Origin: an uncultured Candidatus Saccharibacteria bacterium
GTDB taxonomy: Bacteria; Patescibacteriota; Doudnabacteria; UBA920
Assembly (NCBI GenBank): GCA_964504715.1
Contig: CAZDEP010000003.1
Coordinates: 10,111 to 74,110 of the forward strand
Direction: 5' to 3'
DNA: 64,000 nucleotides
Part shown: one piece after another, positions 1 through 10,049 of the stretch
Layout: each line of letters opens with the position of its first letter
Numbering within the stretch: position 1 is the stretch's first letter
Program-made: the position numbers and the translations under genes
The notes under the pieces: generated by a model
Seen by the model: the letters and a program-made list of their open reading frames with translations, nothing else
The model's database searches: none
Told to the model about the DNA's origin: nothing

Positions 1-3
1 GTT

Positions 4-480
4 ATGTTTATTATCGGAATAGCAACATTTGTTAAACAGAAATTTCATCAACCAGTCGCTCAATCAGCCTCTTTAACACAAACTGTTACGAGTGAAACCC
101 AAGTTGTTACTCCCGCCGATGTAGCAACCTCTACTCCGGAAACTGTTACCACTTCTACCCCTGCCACAATCCGCAAACGCAAACCCGCACCCAGGCTTAG
201 TTACGGTGATGCAGTAGTAAAGTACGAAAACTTTCGCATACAATTTGCCCCAGGCTGCCTATGGGCTGTTCCCAGCCAAATGGTGGCTAAAAACCCGGTA
301 ACGCTTATGCTAGACAATCGTTCGGACAGCGGCCAAAAAATAACACTCGTCAAAACCACCTACACAATCAAGCCTTATGACTACGCCATAGTTACCCTGA
401 ACGAAAAAACCCTGCCACAAACTGTGGGTATTGCCTGTAATGGCCAGTACAACGTGGCGCAAATACTTTTACAGAAATAA
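4..480 (+). CDS. hypothetical protein, possibly 5'-truncated at the window edge; N-terminal hydrophobic segment and a Thr/Pro/Val-rich linker
   Basis: The ORF-track ORF starts 3 nt from the window edge. No recognisable motif. Confidence 0.35.
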   Translation: MFIIGIATFVKQKFHQPVAQSASLTQTVTSETQVVTPADVATSTPETVTTSTPATIRKRKPAPRLSYGDAVVKYENFRIQFAPGCLWAVPSQMVAKNPVTLMLDNRSDSGQKITLVKTTYTIKPYDYAIVTLNEKTLPQTVGIACNGQYNVAQILLQK

Positions 481-496
481 TTTTTTGAGCTTTTAT

Positions 497-994
497 TTAA
501 TAAGGTAAGTTTCGGATAAGGCTTCGCTCTTTAAAGCTTGTGTGAGCTTCTGCAGTTACTATTATGTGGTCCAAAACCTCTATGCCGAGTAATTTACCGG
601 CATCGACCAAACGTTTGGTAACGTGCAAATCTTCCGTAGAAGGTTCAAGGCTTCCGCTCGGGTGGTTATGAACAAAGATTACTGAACAAGAATTCTTTAG
701 AATAGCTGTCCTAAAACATTCCCTCGGATGAATCAGACTGGCGTTTAAAGTACCAACACTGACTATTTCCCTGCCTAAAATATGATTTTGAGTATCCAGG
801 AAAAAGACGCAGAAGTGTTCTTTACGGGCTTTCCTAAAACTCTTACATCTTAAAGCAATCCCTGCCGGACTAAGAACACAATCCTTCATAGCCTTAACTG
901 TGAGATTGTTAGCAATATACTGTTTGGCTTTCTCTTTAGCCTCGTCTTCACTCTCTGCCATAAACTGGTAGTTAATATTGATTTGGTATTCCAT
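497..994 (-). CDS. radC: RadC-like JAB/MPN-domain protein
   Basis: 165 aa with the JAMM-like motif HNHPSG...PS..D (VHNHPSGSLEPSTEDLHVTKRL), typical of the RadC/UPF0758 family. A strong RBS (AAAAGGAG) precedes the ATG. Confidence 0.85.
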   Translation of the reverse strand: MEYQININYQFMAESEDEAKEKAKQYIANNLTVKAMKDCVLSPAGIALRCKSFRKARKEHFCVFFLDTQNHILGREIVSVGTLNASLIHPRECFRTAILKNSCSVIFVHNHPSGSLEPSTEDLHVTKRLVDAGKLLGIEVLDHIIVTAEAHTSFKERSLIRNLPY

Positions 995-1007
995 AAAACT
1001 CCTTTTT

Positions 1008-1150
1008 GATTACTTATTATGGCGACCAAAAAACTCTGGAATGTTTCGGCAGTCAACGGGATTAAAACCGATTTATGGCTTACGGCAGATAAAGAGGTTT
1101 TACCCTTTACGGCCAAAAACCCAGAGTTAAAATGGGAAGCCCTAAGGAAG
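1008..1150. repeat. Copy A of a duplicated ~140 bp leader element with a 60-nt identical core (1048..1107), sitting immediately 5' of radC on the minus strand
   Basis: The core ggcagtcaacgggattaaaaccgatttatggcttacggcagataaagaggttttaccctt is identical at 1048-1107 and 1719-1778. The flanks are also similar (ttattatggcga; taaaatgGgaaGcc..aagcaaa). Confidence 0.8.
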
Positions 1151-1464
1151 CAAAAAAGTTTTTATTTGTATTTCAAGATAATTTACTATGGGACATGGAA
1201 AAAGCCACCCTGTAAAGGATGGCTTAATCTTGTTTTTATTTTAAACTTCCCATGTCTTGCTGATATAGAGATTAGAACCTCCGCATCCTGCACAGGAGAC
1301 TATGTCTAGGTCAATGACTTCCTGCCTGCTGGCAATCCAGCAATTCCGGCACGCCGGGCAGGAAATTAAGTATTGAATGTGAGCAGTTATTGTTTTTTGC
1401 ATAAATTTTTAAATTAAGGATTTAAAGAGAGTATTTTTGTTTTTGTTTGTATTTTTGTATTTGT

Positions 1465-1662
1465 TTAGAGTTGCTCTTTTACAGCGATATACGCCGAGAC
1501 TTTTTTCCCGAAATCGTAGTAGTCGCTGGAAGCCGGGTCTACAGAATTTCTCAACTCCATAAAGTAGTTGATACTTCTCTGCAAGGACGCTTTGATGATA
1601 TTTGACTTCATCTCCGGCGTTATTCCCTGTTTTTGGCTAACTGCCTTTTTGAATTTAGGCAT
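1465..1662 (-). CDS. small hypothetical protein (65 aa), basic N-terminus
   Basis: ORF preceded by the RBS AAAGGAG. It has the same conserved leader element upstream as radC. Confidence 0.45.
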   Translation of the reverse strand: MPKFKKAVSQKQGITPEMKSNIIKASLQRSINYFMELRNSVDPASSDYYDFGKKVSAYIAVKEQL

Positions 1663-1678
1663 ATTAACTCCTTTCTTT

Positions 1679-1830
1679 GCTTAATTATTATGGCGAAATA
1701 ACACTGGCCGCAGGTTATGGCAGTCAACGGGATTAAAACCGATTTATGGCTTACGGCAGATAAAGAGGTTTTACCCTTGACCGGCTATAAACGGCCAGTA
1801 AAATGAGAAACCATAAGAAAGCAAAGGCTG
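1679..1830. repeat. Copy B of the duplicated leader element (core 1719..1778), 5' of the 65-aa gene on the minus strand
   Basis: See copy A. The spacing from core to downstream start codon is the same (~55-58 nt). Confidence 0.8.
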
Positions 1831-2017
1831 TTTTAAAAGTCGCAGACAACAAAGAAGAGCGGTATGAAGACCGCTCTACATTTTTGTGGGTGTATTAAAA
1901 TTTATTCTTGCTTTGCCAAATTAAATGGTTCTTCTATCAAAGTCATTACATAATTAATATCCTCTAGCTTATTAAGATTTACTTCAGTAACCCCACCTCT
2001 ATAATGACCAATTCGAT

Positions 2018-2194
2018 TTATTTCCTTAAAAGTTTATAAGGCCAGAGCAGGATAAAAATTATGGCCGTGGCAACGCTGCGATCTTGAATAAAGCGAGGCG
2101 GGTCGTGCAAGGTATTATTAGGACGAAAATCCCAAAGTGCCATAGCCAACCCAATTAAAGTATAAATAAAAATAAGCCAAAGTAGTAAGTTCAT
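2018..2194 (-). CDS. possible small membrane protein (58 aa, MNLLLWLIFIYTLIGLAMALW...)
   Basis: ORF read manually; it is below the 60-aa ORF-track cutoff. Hydrophobic. There is no strong RBS evidence. Confidence 0.2.
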   Translation of the reverse strand: MNLLLWLIFIYTLIGLAMALWDFRPNNTLHDPPRFIQDRSVATAIIFILLWPYKLLRK

Positions 2195-2236
2195 ACGCCT
2201 TTGTAATACTTAGGAAATTTATTTAGCTAAACAATA

Positions 2237-2425
2237 TTAACTGTTCCTTTTGTGTATTCTATACATACCCCAACCATGCGACAATACCCCTATTATAATA
2301 AGCCAAAATTGCCAACCCCGTAAATAATCCGCTAGCCAAATACCTAAACCCAAGGCAATGCCGCAGGCTCCAAATAACGAAGCTTGCCATTCAATATATT
2401 TTGCTTTTGTGAGTTTTTCTTCCAT
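2237..2425 (-). CDS. small membrane protein (62 aa, two predicted TM segments)
   Basis: Hydrophobic ORF on the same strand as the metal cluster. Confidence 0.35.
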   Translation of the reverse strand: MEEKLTKAKYIEWQASLFGACGIALGLGIWLADYLRGWQFWLIIIGVLSHGWGMYRIHKRNS

Positions 2426-2565
2426 AGTTAAAAAAGTTTAATGATAGCGAAAATAACTAAGCCGACCAAGATAGGCCAGCAAACCCAGTAAAGCAAATTT
2501 TGAATAAATTTATTTTTATCCATTTTTGGAGAAAGGCTCCCTGGCATGGCCAAGGAGCCTTATTA

Positions 2566-2823
2566 TTAATCCTTTACTGACCGGTTAAATACCCAAGCGA
2601 ATAGCCAGCCTGCAATATGGCTGTATATAGCCATCTGTATCAAGCCGCCTATGAAGCCGCCGAAGGTATAACTCCTGCCATCTATGCTTGCTACATGGAG
2701 AAGCGACTGCATTAACCGCGCAGCAAATTCGGGGAATAGATAAACAAATAGTGAACATACGGCATACAAAAGTGCCGCTATTCCAGTAATTCCCCAAGCA
2801 AACTTAACTTTATTGAGTTGCAT
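2566..2823 (-). CDS. small integral membrane protein (85 aa)
   Basis: Two to three hydrophobic helices. It lies immediately downstream of the copA-like gene on the same strand. Confidence 0.5.
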   Translation of the reverse strand: MQLNKVKFAWGITGIAALLYAVCSLFVYLFPEFAARLMQSLLHVASIDGRSYTFGGFIGGLIQMAIYSHIAGWLFAWVFNRSVKD

Positions 2824-2870
2824 AATTTTGTTTCTGGTTAGTTTTTATCGACCTTTATATTTTAACACTT

Positions 2871-5800
2871 TTATTGAACAAAATCACTGGTAATATAATG
2901 GAAGTTGTCTAGAGGCGTTTTTGTTTCAGGCAATACTCCAGCCACAACCACATCCTTTCCAAAGAAGTTAGTTAGGGTATCACCTGGCTTTTGAAATAAC
3001 TTCTCAGCTTCCATAACTTGAGCTTCTTTGCTGCCAATATAAACTGGCAAATACCGCTTTGTTCCAAACGTTACCGGAAATAACCCGTCCCGATTAATGC
3101 TGCTACTATAAACGGCAGGGATAGTATTTTGATCTATTCCATAGAATAGCTTTAACTCATCTTTTGCCTGAGCTGCTGATGCGCCAGAAACCGAAGCGAT
3201 TTGGGTTTCAGTTTTCATGATATGGGTATTATCCAAAAATGTTCCGGTCGGTTTTAAAATACCCACAATCTTCATGCTTGGTATGCCAAAGAAATTGGCC
3301 AGGGTATCGCCAGGCTTCTCAAACAGTTTTTCTTTTTTCATCATTTCCGCCTCATCGTAGCCGATGATCATTTCGTCTTTTCCTAAATTTCCAGATCCTT
3401 CTGCCAACGGCATATCAATATTCCCTTGGTTAGTTTGCAAGAAGAATTTTGGATTATTCTCGGCAAAGTTTACCCTCATGACAGACTGCTTTATCAGGTT
3501 CTGGCTCTTTTGCGTAATCTCAGGAGATGCCTTAACAACAGTCATGGCTTTGGTTGGTTCTGCCATGCGCGAGCTGAATTGGGCGAACTCAAAGAATACA
3601 AGGGAAAAGAATACGGCCATGGCCACCGGAGCCAATGCGGATATCCAGTTGCGTTTGGTCGGCTTAAAGAACCGCAAGGTCAGGGAATTTGTAACAACCG
3701 AAACAGAGCTTAAAGCCATAGCTAGCCCAGCTAGTTCTGGCTTCAAGACCAACCCCAAACCCATAAATACGCGAGCAGCAATTGGGATGCCTACGACATT
3801 GTAGAATAACGCAAAGAACATATTTTGTTTAATTTTGCTCATGGTTTCGCGGGAGAGCTGGATGGAATTGACCACATCATTCAAGTCGCTTCTCATAATT
3901 ACGATGCCGCCGGTTTCCATGGCAACGTCAGTGCCATTGCCCATGGCAATACCGAGGTTAGCCTGCGCCAGTGCTGGTGCGTCATTAATGCCATCGCCAA
4001 CCATGGCAACTTTCTTGCCATCCGCTTGCAGCTTTTTCACCTCGTTGGCTTTATCTTCCGGCAATACCTCTGCCAGCACATTGGTAATACTGACTTGGGA
4101 AGCAATGGCTTTGGCCGTGCGTTCGTTGTCGCCGGTGATCATGTATACCGTAATACCCATTTTCTGAAGCTTTTCAACTGCAGCTTTGGAAGTGGCTTTT
4201 ACAGTATCTGCCACCGCCACTACCCCAAGCAAATTCTCATTTGTGCCGAGCAACATGGCAGTCTTACCAGCTTCTTCAAGCCTTGATTGTTTTTTTCCGA
4301 CTTTCTCCGGGTTAATGCCTGCAACATCAGACATCATTTTGCGGTTACCAAAATAGTAGGTAATGCCATAAATATCGCCCTGCACTCCATGTCCGGGAAC
4401 GGCCTTGAAGTTTTTGACTTCCAGCAAATCCACATCTTCGTCCTGCGCGTGGCTATAAATAGCTTCCGCTAACGGATGCTCGGAAAGCTTTTCCAAGCTG
4501 GCAGCAATCTGCAAAACATCATCTTCGTCTTTGTCTGCAAACGCAAGAATATCAGTTACCTCCGGTTTGCCGTAAGTTAACGTTCCGGTTTTATCAAAGA
4601 TAATAGTATTGATCTTGCAAGCGGCCTCCAAAGGTTCGCCGCCTTTAACCAATATGCCATTTTCCGCACCCTTGCCAGTGCCTACCATAATAGCCGTAGG
4701 AGTAGCAAGTCCCAAAGCGCAAGGACAAGCGATGACGATAACGGCTGTAAACGCCATCAAGGCAAAAGCTAACGTTGCGCCTAGGAAGAAATACCAAACC
4801 AAGAACGTGATGACTGCAATCACAATAACCGCCGGAACAAACCAGGCGGAAATTTTGTCTGCAACGGCCTGTATGGGAGCTTTGGATCCTTGGGCTTCTT
4901 CAACTAAGCGGATAATTTGCGCCAGCACGGTTTCGCTGCCGACCTTAGTAACTTCAAACTCAAAGCTGCCGGTCTTGTTAAGGGTTCCACCTGCCACGTT
5001 ATCTCCAACCTTTTTTTCTACGGGCAAGCTTTCACCGGTCAACATAGATTCATCAACGGCGGAGGATCCTTTAATAATACGTCCGTCAATTGGAATTTTT
5101 TCTCCGGGGCGCACGATGACAATGTCTTTATGGACAACTTGATCGATAGCGATATCCTGCGTGCCGCCATTGCGAATCACTCGGGCTGTTTTTGCCTGAA
5201 GACCCATTAATTTCTTAATGGAATCTGAGGTCTTGCCTTTGGTCCTGACTTCCAACCACTTACCCAAGATTACGAAGGTAATCAGAAATGCCGCGGTTTC
5301 AAAATATAAATCTTGAATTTTTCCGCCATTTAACCCGAGTAGAGTTTTATTTGCGACAGCGAAAAACACAAAAGTCACTAAGCTGTAAAAGTAAGCGGTA
5401 GAAGTGCCAATGGCTATTAAGCTATCCATGTTAAAGGTTTTCATCCGCAAGGCTGACCACATGCCCTTATAGAATCCCTTGCCAATAATGAACTGGACAG
5501 GTGTGGCAAGGATAAGGGAAACAATGCCTACATAAGGCAAAAGCTGCGCTTTGCCCGGCATCCAGCCAAAGAAGTCAAAGAACATGAAGTAAAGCATTGG
5601 CGCGCTCAAGATTGCGCTAAACAAAAATTTCTTCCAGTATGATCCAATTTCTGCCTGCCTTTTCTTGGCGTCGAACTCCGTATCTTTTGCATCAACCTCT
5701 TCGGCCTTATAACCAACTTTCTTTACTGCCGCGACAAGGTCTGAAATTTGAGTTTGGGAGTTATCGAATACAATTACGGCTTTTTCTGCCGCAAAATTTA

Positions 5801-6482
5801 CGCTAGCTTGGGAAACGCCCGAAACTTTCTTTAAAGACTTTTCAATAATGCCAGCACAAGAAGCGCAGTGCATGCCTGAAAGAGAAAGGCTGATTTTTCT
5901 GCTCTTGCTATTGCTCTCAATTGCGGCCGGAACGGCTGTCATGGCGACTGCCTGTGCCTGAGGTGACTGAATCCGCGGCGAATTTTGTTGTTCACTGCTG
6001 ACCTGATCAAAGACATTAAAGAACTTCGCGCTTTTCACTAATTGCTCTAAAAACCCTTTGGCCTCTTCTTGTCCTTCAGGAACAGCAATGTCAGCAGTTT
6101 TGTGGCTCGTATAAGTGCCTTCAAAATATGGCTTGCCAGTTTCTGATTCCATCACTTTCCCGTGCGCTTCCAAGCGAGTGTCCAATTTTACTGAAAAAGG
6201 TATTCCTTTTGCCACCCTGGTTTTTACTTCTATACTTTCGTTGGCAACAGGTTCTGAAGCTGTTCCTCCGCTGATTTCAGCGACATACCCCGCCCGCTTA
6301 ACAGCATCTGCAATTTGTTCTGTGGTAACCAGTTCAGGGTTTGCCTTGACTGTGCCTTTGCCTTCGGCAGCAGATATCTGGATTTCTCCTACGCCTGGCA
6401 ATTCTCTAAGTTCCTCCGTTATAAGTGTTTCGCAAGAGCTGCAATGCATCCCTTGAATGTTTAAATGTAAAGTATTTTCCAT
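2871..6482 (-). CDS. copA: copper-translocating P1B-type ATPase with two N-terminal HMA domains (GMHCSSC, GMHCASC) and an unusual C-terminal extension: one extra TM helix plus a tandem duplicated ~90-aa domain
   Basis: Motifs TGES, CPC ([12 protein letters not shown]), DKTGTLT and [10 protein letters not shown]. Two MxCxxC metal-binding domains. The C-terminal repeats share AEKLF.KPGDTL.NFFG...LDN.H. Confidence 0.9.
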   Translation of the reverse strand: MENTLHLNIQGMHCSSCETLITEELRELPGVGEIQISAAEGKGTVKANPELVTTEQIADAVKRAGYVAEISGGTASEPVANESIEVKTRVAKGIPFSVKLDTRLEAHGKVMESETGKPYFEGTYTSHKTADIAVPEGQEEAKGFLEQLVKSAKFFNVFDQVSSEQQNSPRIQSPQAQAVAMTAVPAAIESNSKSRKISLSLSGMHCASCAGIIEKSLKKVSGVSQASVNFAAEKAVIVFDNSQTQISDLVAAVKKVGYKAEEVDAKDTEFDAKKRQAEIGSYWKKFLFSAILSAPMLYFMFFDFFGWMPGKAQLLPYVGIVSLILATPVQFIIGKGFYKGMWSALRMKTFNMDSLIAIGTSTAYFYSLVTFVFFAVANKTLLGLNGGKIQDLYFETAAFLITFVILGKWLEVRTKGKTSDSIKKLMGLQAKTARVIRNGGTQDIAIDQVVHKDIVIVRPGEKIPIDGRIIKGSSAVDESMLTGESLPVEKKVGDNVAGGTLNKTGSFEFEVTKVGSETVLAQIIRLVEEAQGSKAPIQAVADKISAWFVPAVIVIAVITFLVWYFFLGATLAFALMAFTAVIVIACPCALGLATPTAIMVGTGKGAENGILVKGGEPLEAACKINTIIFDKTGTLTYGKPEVTDILAFADKDEDDVLQIAASLEKLSEHPLAEAIYSHAQDEDVDLLEVKNFKAVPGHGVQGDIYGITYYFGNRKMMSDVAGINPEKVGKKQSRLEEAGKTAMLLGTNENLLGVVAVADTVKATSKAAVEKLQKMGITVYMITGDNERTAKAIASQVSITNVLAEVLPEDKANEVKKLQADGKKVAMVGDGINDAPALAQANLGIAMGNGTDVAMETGGIVIMRSDLNDVVNSIQLSRETMSKIKQNMFFALFYNVVGIPIAARVFMGLGLVLKPELAGLAMALSSVSVVTNSLTLRFFKPTKRNWISALAPVAMAVFFSLVFFEFAQFSSRMAEPTKAMTVVKASPEITQKSQNLIKQSVMRVNFAENNPKFFLQTNQGNIDMPLAEGSGNLGKDEMIIGYDEAEMMKKEKLFEKPGDTLANFFGIPSMKIVGILKPTGTFLDNTHIMKTETQIASVSGASAAQAKDELKLFYGIDQNTIPAVYSSSINRDGLFPVTFGTKRYLPVYIGSKEAQVMEAEKLFQKPGDTLTNFFGKDVVVAGVLPETKTPLDNFHYITSDFVQ

Positions 6483-6502
6483 ATCGGTTTATTAGTTACA
6501 GA

Positions 6503-6709
6503 TTATGCTGCGTGCACTTTGTATTGAGTGCCAGCAAGCGCTTCTTGCAATTCGTTAATTGTAATTTCCCTGTCAGCCTCCACTTCTCCTTGAGCCTCAT
6601 TGCCACTTTGCTCTAACTTTACGTTCCTGACTCCGCTAATTTTACTAATCTTCATGCGCGACACTTTGCCGCATGCATCGCAATTTAAATTTGTTAATAA
6701 AAATTTCAT
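6503..6709 (-). CDS. copZ: CopZ-like heavy-metal-associated (HMA) domain metallochaperone
   Basis: 68 aa, beta-alpha-beta-beta-alpha-beta-sized, with the CxxC metal-binding motif (LNCDACGKV). It sits directly upstream of the copA-like gene. Confidence 0.7.
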   Translation of the reverse strand: MKFLLTNLNCDACGKVSRMKISKISGVRNVKLEQSGNEAQGEVEADREITINELQEALAGTQYKVHAA

Positions 6710-6723
6710 AGTGTAATAGTTAA

Positions 6724-8409
6724 TTATTCTACGTTTATAATCCCGCGCTGCACTCCCATGGCGCAGGTGATGGGATATTCTCCCTTGTCCTTGGCGGTGA
6801 AGTCCAAAGCCAGTGTTTTATTTTTTTCGAGCAGCTCCGGTTGGTTATACAAGCCTGGAATCATTATGGTGCTCATACATCCATAGCCTTCGTCTTTTAC
6901 ATCAACTTCTAACCGCGCGGCTTGCCCAACTTTTACTGTGAATGTATTTGGTTCAATGTCATTATCAGTTCTATAGACTGTTTTTAATATTTGTGTGCCA
7001 GTTGCAGGTTCAGCGGTTTTTGCTTCAACTGCCGGTTGTGCTTGCTGGGGAGTTGAAGCCGGGGTAGCCTGAGACTGGACGGGGTTTGTGTCCTCAATGA
7101 CATTAAACGATCCTCTATACATTCCCATTGAACACGTAAAGCTTACGGTGCCGGTTTTAGTAGGAGTGAATTCAATAATATTTTCCCCTGATTTTAGCGG
7201 TTGGCTAATTTTATAAGCAGACATTACTATATAGCTTGAACATGAGTATTGGCTGGTAGAATTGATTATCCATTTTACCGGCCGTCCTTTGACCACAGTA
7301 AATGACTTTGGGCTGTAACCGCTGTCGCTTTGGGTCATTCTTACTTCTTGCGCTGGTCCCGTTGCCTGCGCTGTATTTGCCGTTTTCGTGCCTGGCGTGA
7401 ATACAATCCTGCTGGCGTTGGAAATATTAAATATTCCCAACACAATAACTGCTATGCCAGCGCCCATAAAGAAGATGCGGGCTTTTTGGCCTTTGAATAC
7501 ACTGGACAATCCTCCGATCCCTAAAAGTCCAGGAGCGGTGCCTAAGGCAAACAGCATCATAATTAATGCTCCTTTGGTAAGGCTCCCGGTGCTTACCGCA
7601 TACAGCTGCATGGCTTGTGTAAAACCGCATGGCAAGAAGAACGTCATGGCTCCGCCAATAAACGCAGACTTGTGGCTATACTCCTTGTTCTCATTGCGGA
7701 TGCCTAATGCGCGGGATATGAACTTTGGAAGGGTTATGGTTTTGTCCCGCAATGCCGGAAATATTTCAATGAGCTTAAGCCCCAGGAAGATCATCACCCC
7801 GCCCACAATAATAGTCATGATTCCCAAGGTGGAAGCAGAAGGTCTGAAAGCAGATCCCAACAGGCCAATTGCCCCGCCAAAGAAGGCATATCCTGCAATT
7901 CTCCCGACGTTAAAGAATATGTGCGGACGGAACTTTTGCGCTGCCGTCGCTTCTGGGTGAAGTTCGCTATGACGAGCCGCCAAACCTAATACTAATCCGC
8001 CGATTAAAGCCATACAGGACGAAAATCCGGCAACTAGCCCTACTAGAACAACCACGCCCATACTGCCGCCGCCTGTGCTGATGTTCACATTGAACAGCCC
8101 GGTAGAACTTGCGATAAAATACAGGACTGCAAGAATGGAACCGGCAAGCAGCAAGTAAAAGTAATCTCGCGGGTTGCGCGATATCCAAGGCAGTTTCTCT
8201 TTTTGCCCGATTTCATAACCCGCAGCCTGCACAGCATCCCTTATACTTTGTTTGGAAGGCGTTGGTCCTTCAAAATGGACTTTCGCTTTTCCGTCTTTAT
8301 AGCTTACATTGACTGATTTGACTCCCTTAACTTCTTTAAGGTTGTCTTCAATGAGGATTTCGCACGATCTACAGTGCATCCCTCTAATTGGAACAATAAA
8401 TTTTCCCAT
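6724..8409 (-). CDS. HMA-domain fused TauE/SafE(DsbD_2)-like polytopic membrane protein with a C-terminal tandem pair of ~55-aa C-x-M-G-M (cupredoxin-like?) domains; putative metal permease
   Basis: N-terminal GMHCRSCE HMA domain and ~8 TM helices with an LPCGFTQAMQ motif. The C-terminus has the repeats FTCSMGMYRGSFNV and ITCAMGVQRGIINV. Confidence 0.7.
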   Translation of the reverse strand: MGKFIVPIRGMHCRSCEILIEDNLKEVKGVKSVNVSYKDGKAKVHFEGPTPSKQSIRDAVQAAGYEIGQKEKLPWISRNPRDYFYLLLAGSILAVLYFIASSTGLFNVNISTGGGSMGVVVLVGLVAGFSSCMALIGGLVLGLAARHSELHPEATAAQKFRPHIFFNVGRIAGYAFFGGAIGLLGSAFRPSASTLGIMTIIVGGVMIFLGLKLIEIFPALRDKTITLPKFISRALGIRNENKEYSHKSAFIGGAMTFFLPCGFTQAMQLYAVSTGSLTKGALIMMLFALGTAPGLLGIGGLSSVFKGQKARIFFMGAGIAVIVLGIFNISNASRIVFTPGTKTANTAQATGPAQEVRMTQSDSGYSPKSFTVVKGRPVKWIINSTSQYSCSSYIVMSAYKISQPLKSGENIIEFTPTKTGTVSFTCSMGMYRGSFNVIEDTNPVQSQATPASTPQQAQPAVEAKTAEPATGTQILKTVYRTDNDIEPNTFTVKVGQAARLEVDVKDEGYGCMSTIMIPGLYNQPELLEKNKTLALDFTAKDKGEYPITCAMGVQRGIINVE

Positions 8410-8428
8410 GAAGTAATTAATTTAATTA

Positions 8429-9490
8429 TTAGACCCCGCAACCACCACCGCCCTTAGGTGCAACCGGCTCTACTTGGCTTCTAATTTGTTGGTATCCTTG
8501 GGCGCTGGAAAACGCTGCTCCCAATACTTCCTGCGGGTTGACCTGTTTCCAGTCAACTCCTTGGCTTTTTTTATACTTGGCTATTGTCAGGTAAGTATCC
8601 GGGAACCAATAAGAATTTACTGTTAGAGCATACTTATACATGTCCTGTTCGTTTACCCCTTGGGAAGCCATGAGTTCCAGCAAGCCCAGCATTGCCATCC
8701 CATGGTTGCAATCAGGGAAGTGGGTGGAATTGCCGCAGCAAGGGCGGAAGATTCCCCGCGAGACTTTATCTACAATCGCTTGCTGCTCTGCTGTTAAAGT
8801 TATAAAGCGATGTTTTGAATAGTGCTCCATGGCAGTTCCGCTGGCCAATGTCCATCCTCCCGTTGAGGCGAACTTTCCGGCATCGCCGCCGTATTGCTTA
8901 TCCCACATTTCGCCTTTATCCAGGATCTCATTTTTCTGTCCTAGTCCGAATGCCCAGAGAATATTTAACAGGCCGGAAGAATTTTGAGCGGTAAATTTGA
9001 TTTTCCCATTATTGCTTTCTGTCAGCATCTTTTTCATATCCGCTGGCATTCCGCCTCTTTGGGCATATAAGGCCTCTATTTTTTGCTGGTCAATTACTCC
9101 TTCTTTGACCAATTGCTTGCCTAAGTCTCCCCATACAACCGGCAATTCAAGGCCAGCGCTAGGTAAAACTTTTTCTTCCATATCTTTATCGATCGGAGCG
9201 GCGGCTGGCGCAGTTGAAGTTTGGGCTAAGGTCTGGGTGGTAACCGCCGTCTGTTGCGCCGGTTTGACACCCAATACTTTATTAAGCCAAGGTTTGCGTT
9301 TTACCGTAACCTGAAACTCAAAGGTAGAGGTTATGATAAGGATCGCGATTGCGGCCATTCCGGCCATTTCCAGATAGGAAAAGTCTTCCATGCGGGCATA
9401 TGTTTTTTTCAGAAACATTTTTATCCCGCTTTTTTCATGATGGTGTTCAGTAATTTTTTGCTCTTCACCGGGAACATGATGGTTTTCCAT
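8429..9490 (-). CDS. membrane-anchored hypothetical protein with a His-rich N-terminus (HHVPGEEQKITEHHHE) and a Cys/His cluster CCGNSTHFPDCNHGM; putative metal-binding exoprotein
   Basis: 353 aa, a single TM segment after the His-rich tail, and a conserved-looking Cys/His cluster. No family recognised. Confidence 0.55.
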   Translation of the reverse strand: MENHHVPGEEQKITEHHHEKSGIKMFLKKTYARMEDFSYLEMAGMAAIAILIITSTFEFQVTVKRKPWLNKVLGVKPAQQTAVTTQTLAQTSTAPAAAPIDKDMEEKVLPSAGLELPVVWGDLGKQLVKEGVIDQQKIEALYAQRGGMPADMKKMLTESNNGKIKFTAQNSSGLLNILWAFGLGQKNEILDKGEMWDKQYGGDAGKFASTGGWTLASGTAMEHYSKHRFITLTAEQQAIVDKVSRGIFRPCCGNSTHFPDCNHGMAMLGLLELMASQGVNEQDMYKYALTVNSYWFPDTYLTIAKYKKSQGVDWKQVNPQEVLGAAFSSAQGYQQIRSQVEPVAPKGGGGCGV

Positions 9491-9526
9491 AATCTTATTT
9501 TATTGTTTAATAATTTTAATTATTGA

Positions 9527-10045
9527 TTATTCCTGGCAACAGTCGACCAATTTGCTGACTATATCTTCTTTTGTCCACGGTTTATTCTCCCCATTTTGGT
9601 CGTGCTTATTAAGCTGGTTTTCTCCTATTTGCTTAATGTCACCGGTGTTAATAAGTTTTAGCCTTAATCCCCAAAACAGAGAATAGAGTTCGTAGGATTT
9701 GCCAAAAATGTCCTGCGCTTCTTCAGTTTTGCCGTTGCTTTGAAGCTTCGTGCCTACTTCCATAAGCCTCATTGAGGCGGCAAGCAAGTGTTTTGATATG
9801 CACCAAGTCTCGCCTTCATTTTTGTCCATCATGCGGCCGAGCAATTGCTTCCTAATTTCCCTCGTTTGCTCAAGTAGATTAAAGTATTCGGGTTTGCTGG
9901 TTTTTTGGCCGGTAAAGAAGAAGTGTTCTTCTAAGCTAATCAAGTTCATTATTGCCAAGCTTAGGTCTTCTTCGGTGGAAAGATCAACAGTGCCGCTGGC
10001 TTTAAGTTCCTCCACTTTTTTCATTAGCTCTTTTTGTGTAAGCAT
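9527..10045 (-). CDS. hypothetical cytoplasmic protein (172 aa)
   Basis: Clean ORF in an operon-like arrangement. No motif recognised. Confidence 0.5.
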   Translation of the reverse strand: MLTQKELMKKVEELKASGTVDLSTEEDLSLAIMNLISLEEHFFFTGQKTSKPEYFNLLEQTREIRKQLLGRMMDKNEGETWCISKHLLAASMRLMEVGTKLQSNGKTEEAQDIFGKSYELYSLFWGLRLKLINTGDIKQIGENQLNKHDQNGENKPWTKEDIVSKLVDCCQE

Positions 10046-10049
10046 AAGA

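Noticed and set aside
1019-1309. 96-aa plus-strand ORF overlapping leader copy A
   Set aside because: The duplicated copy B carries an in-frame stop after three codons (atggcgaaataa), so the conserved sequence is not protein-coding. The ORF is probably fortuitous.
3364-5210. Multiple plus-strand ORFs (146, 95, 153, 110, 61, 177, 97 aa) inside the copA-like gene
   Set aside because: They are antisense shadow ORFs within a strongly supported 1203-aa P-type ATPase gene, and have low-complexity Ala/Pro/Ser-rich translations.
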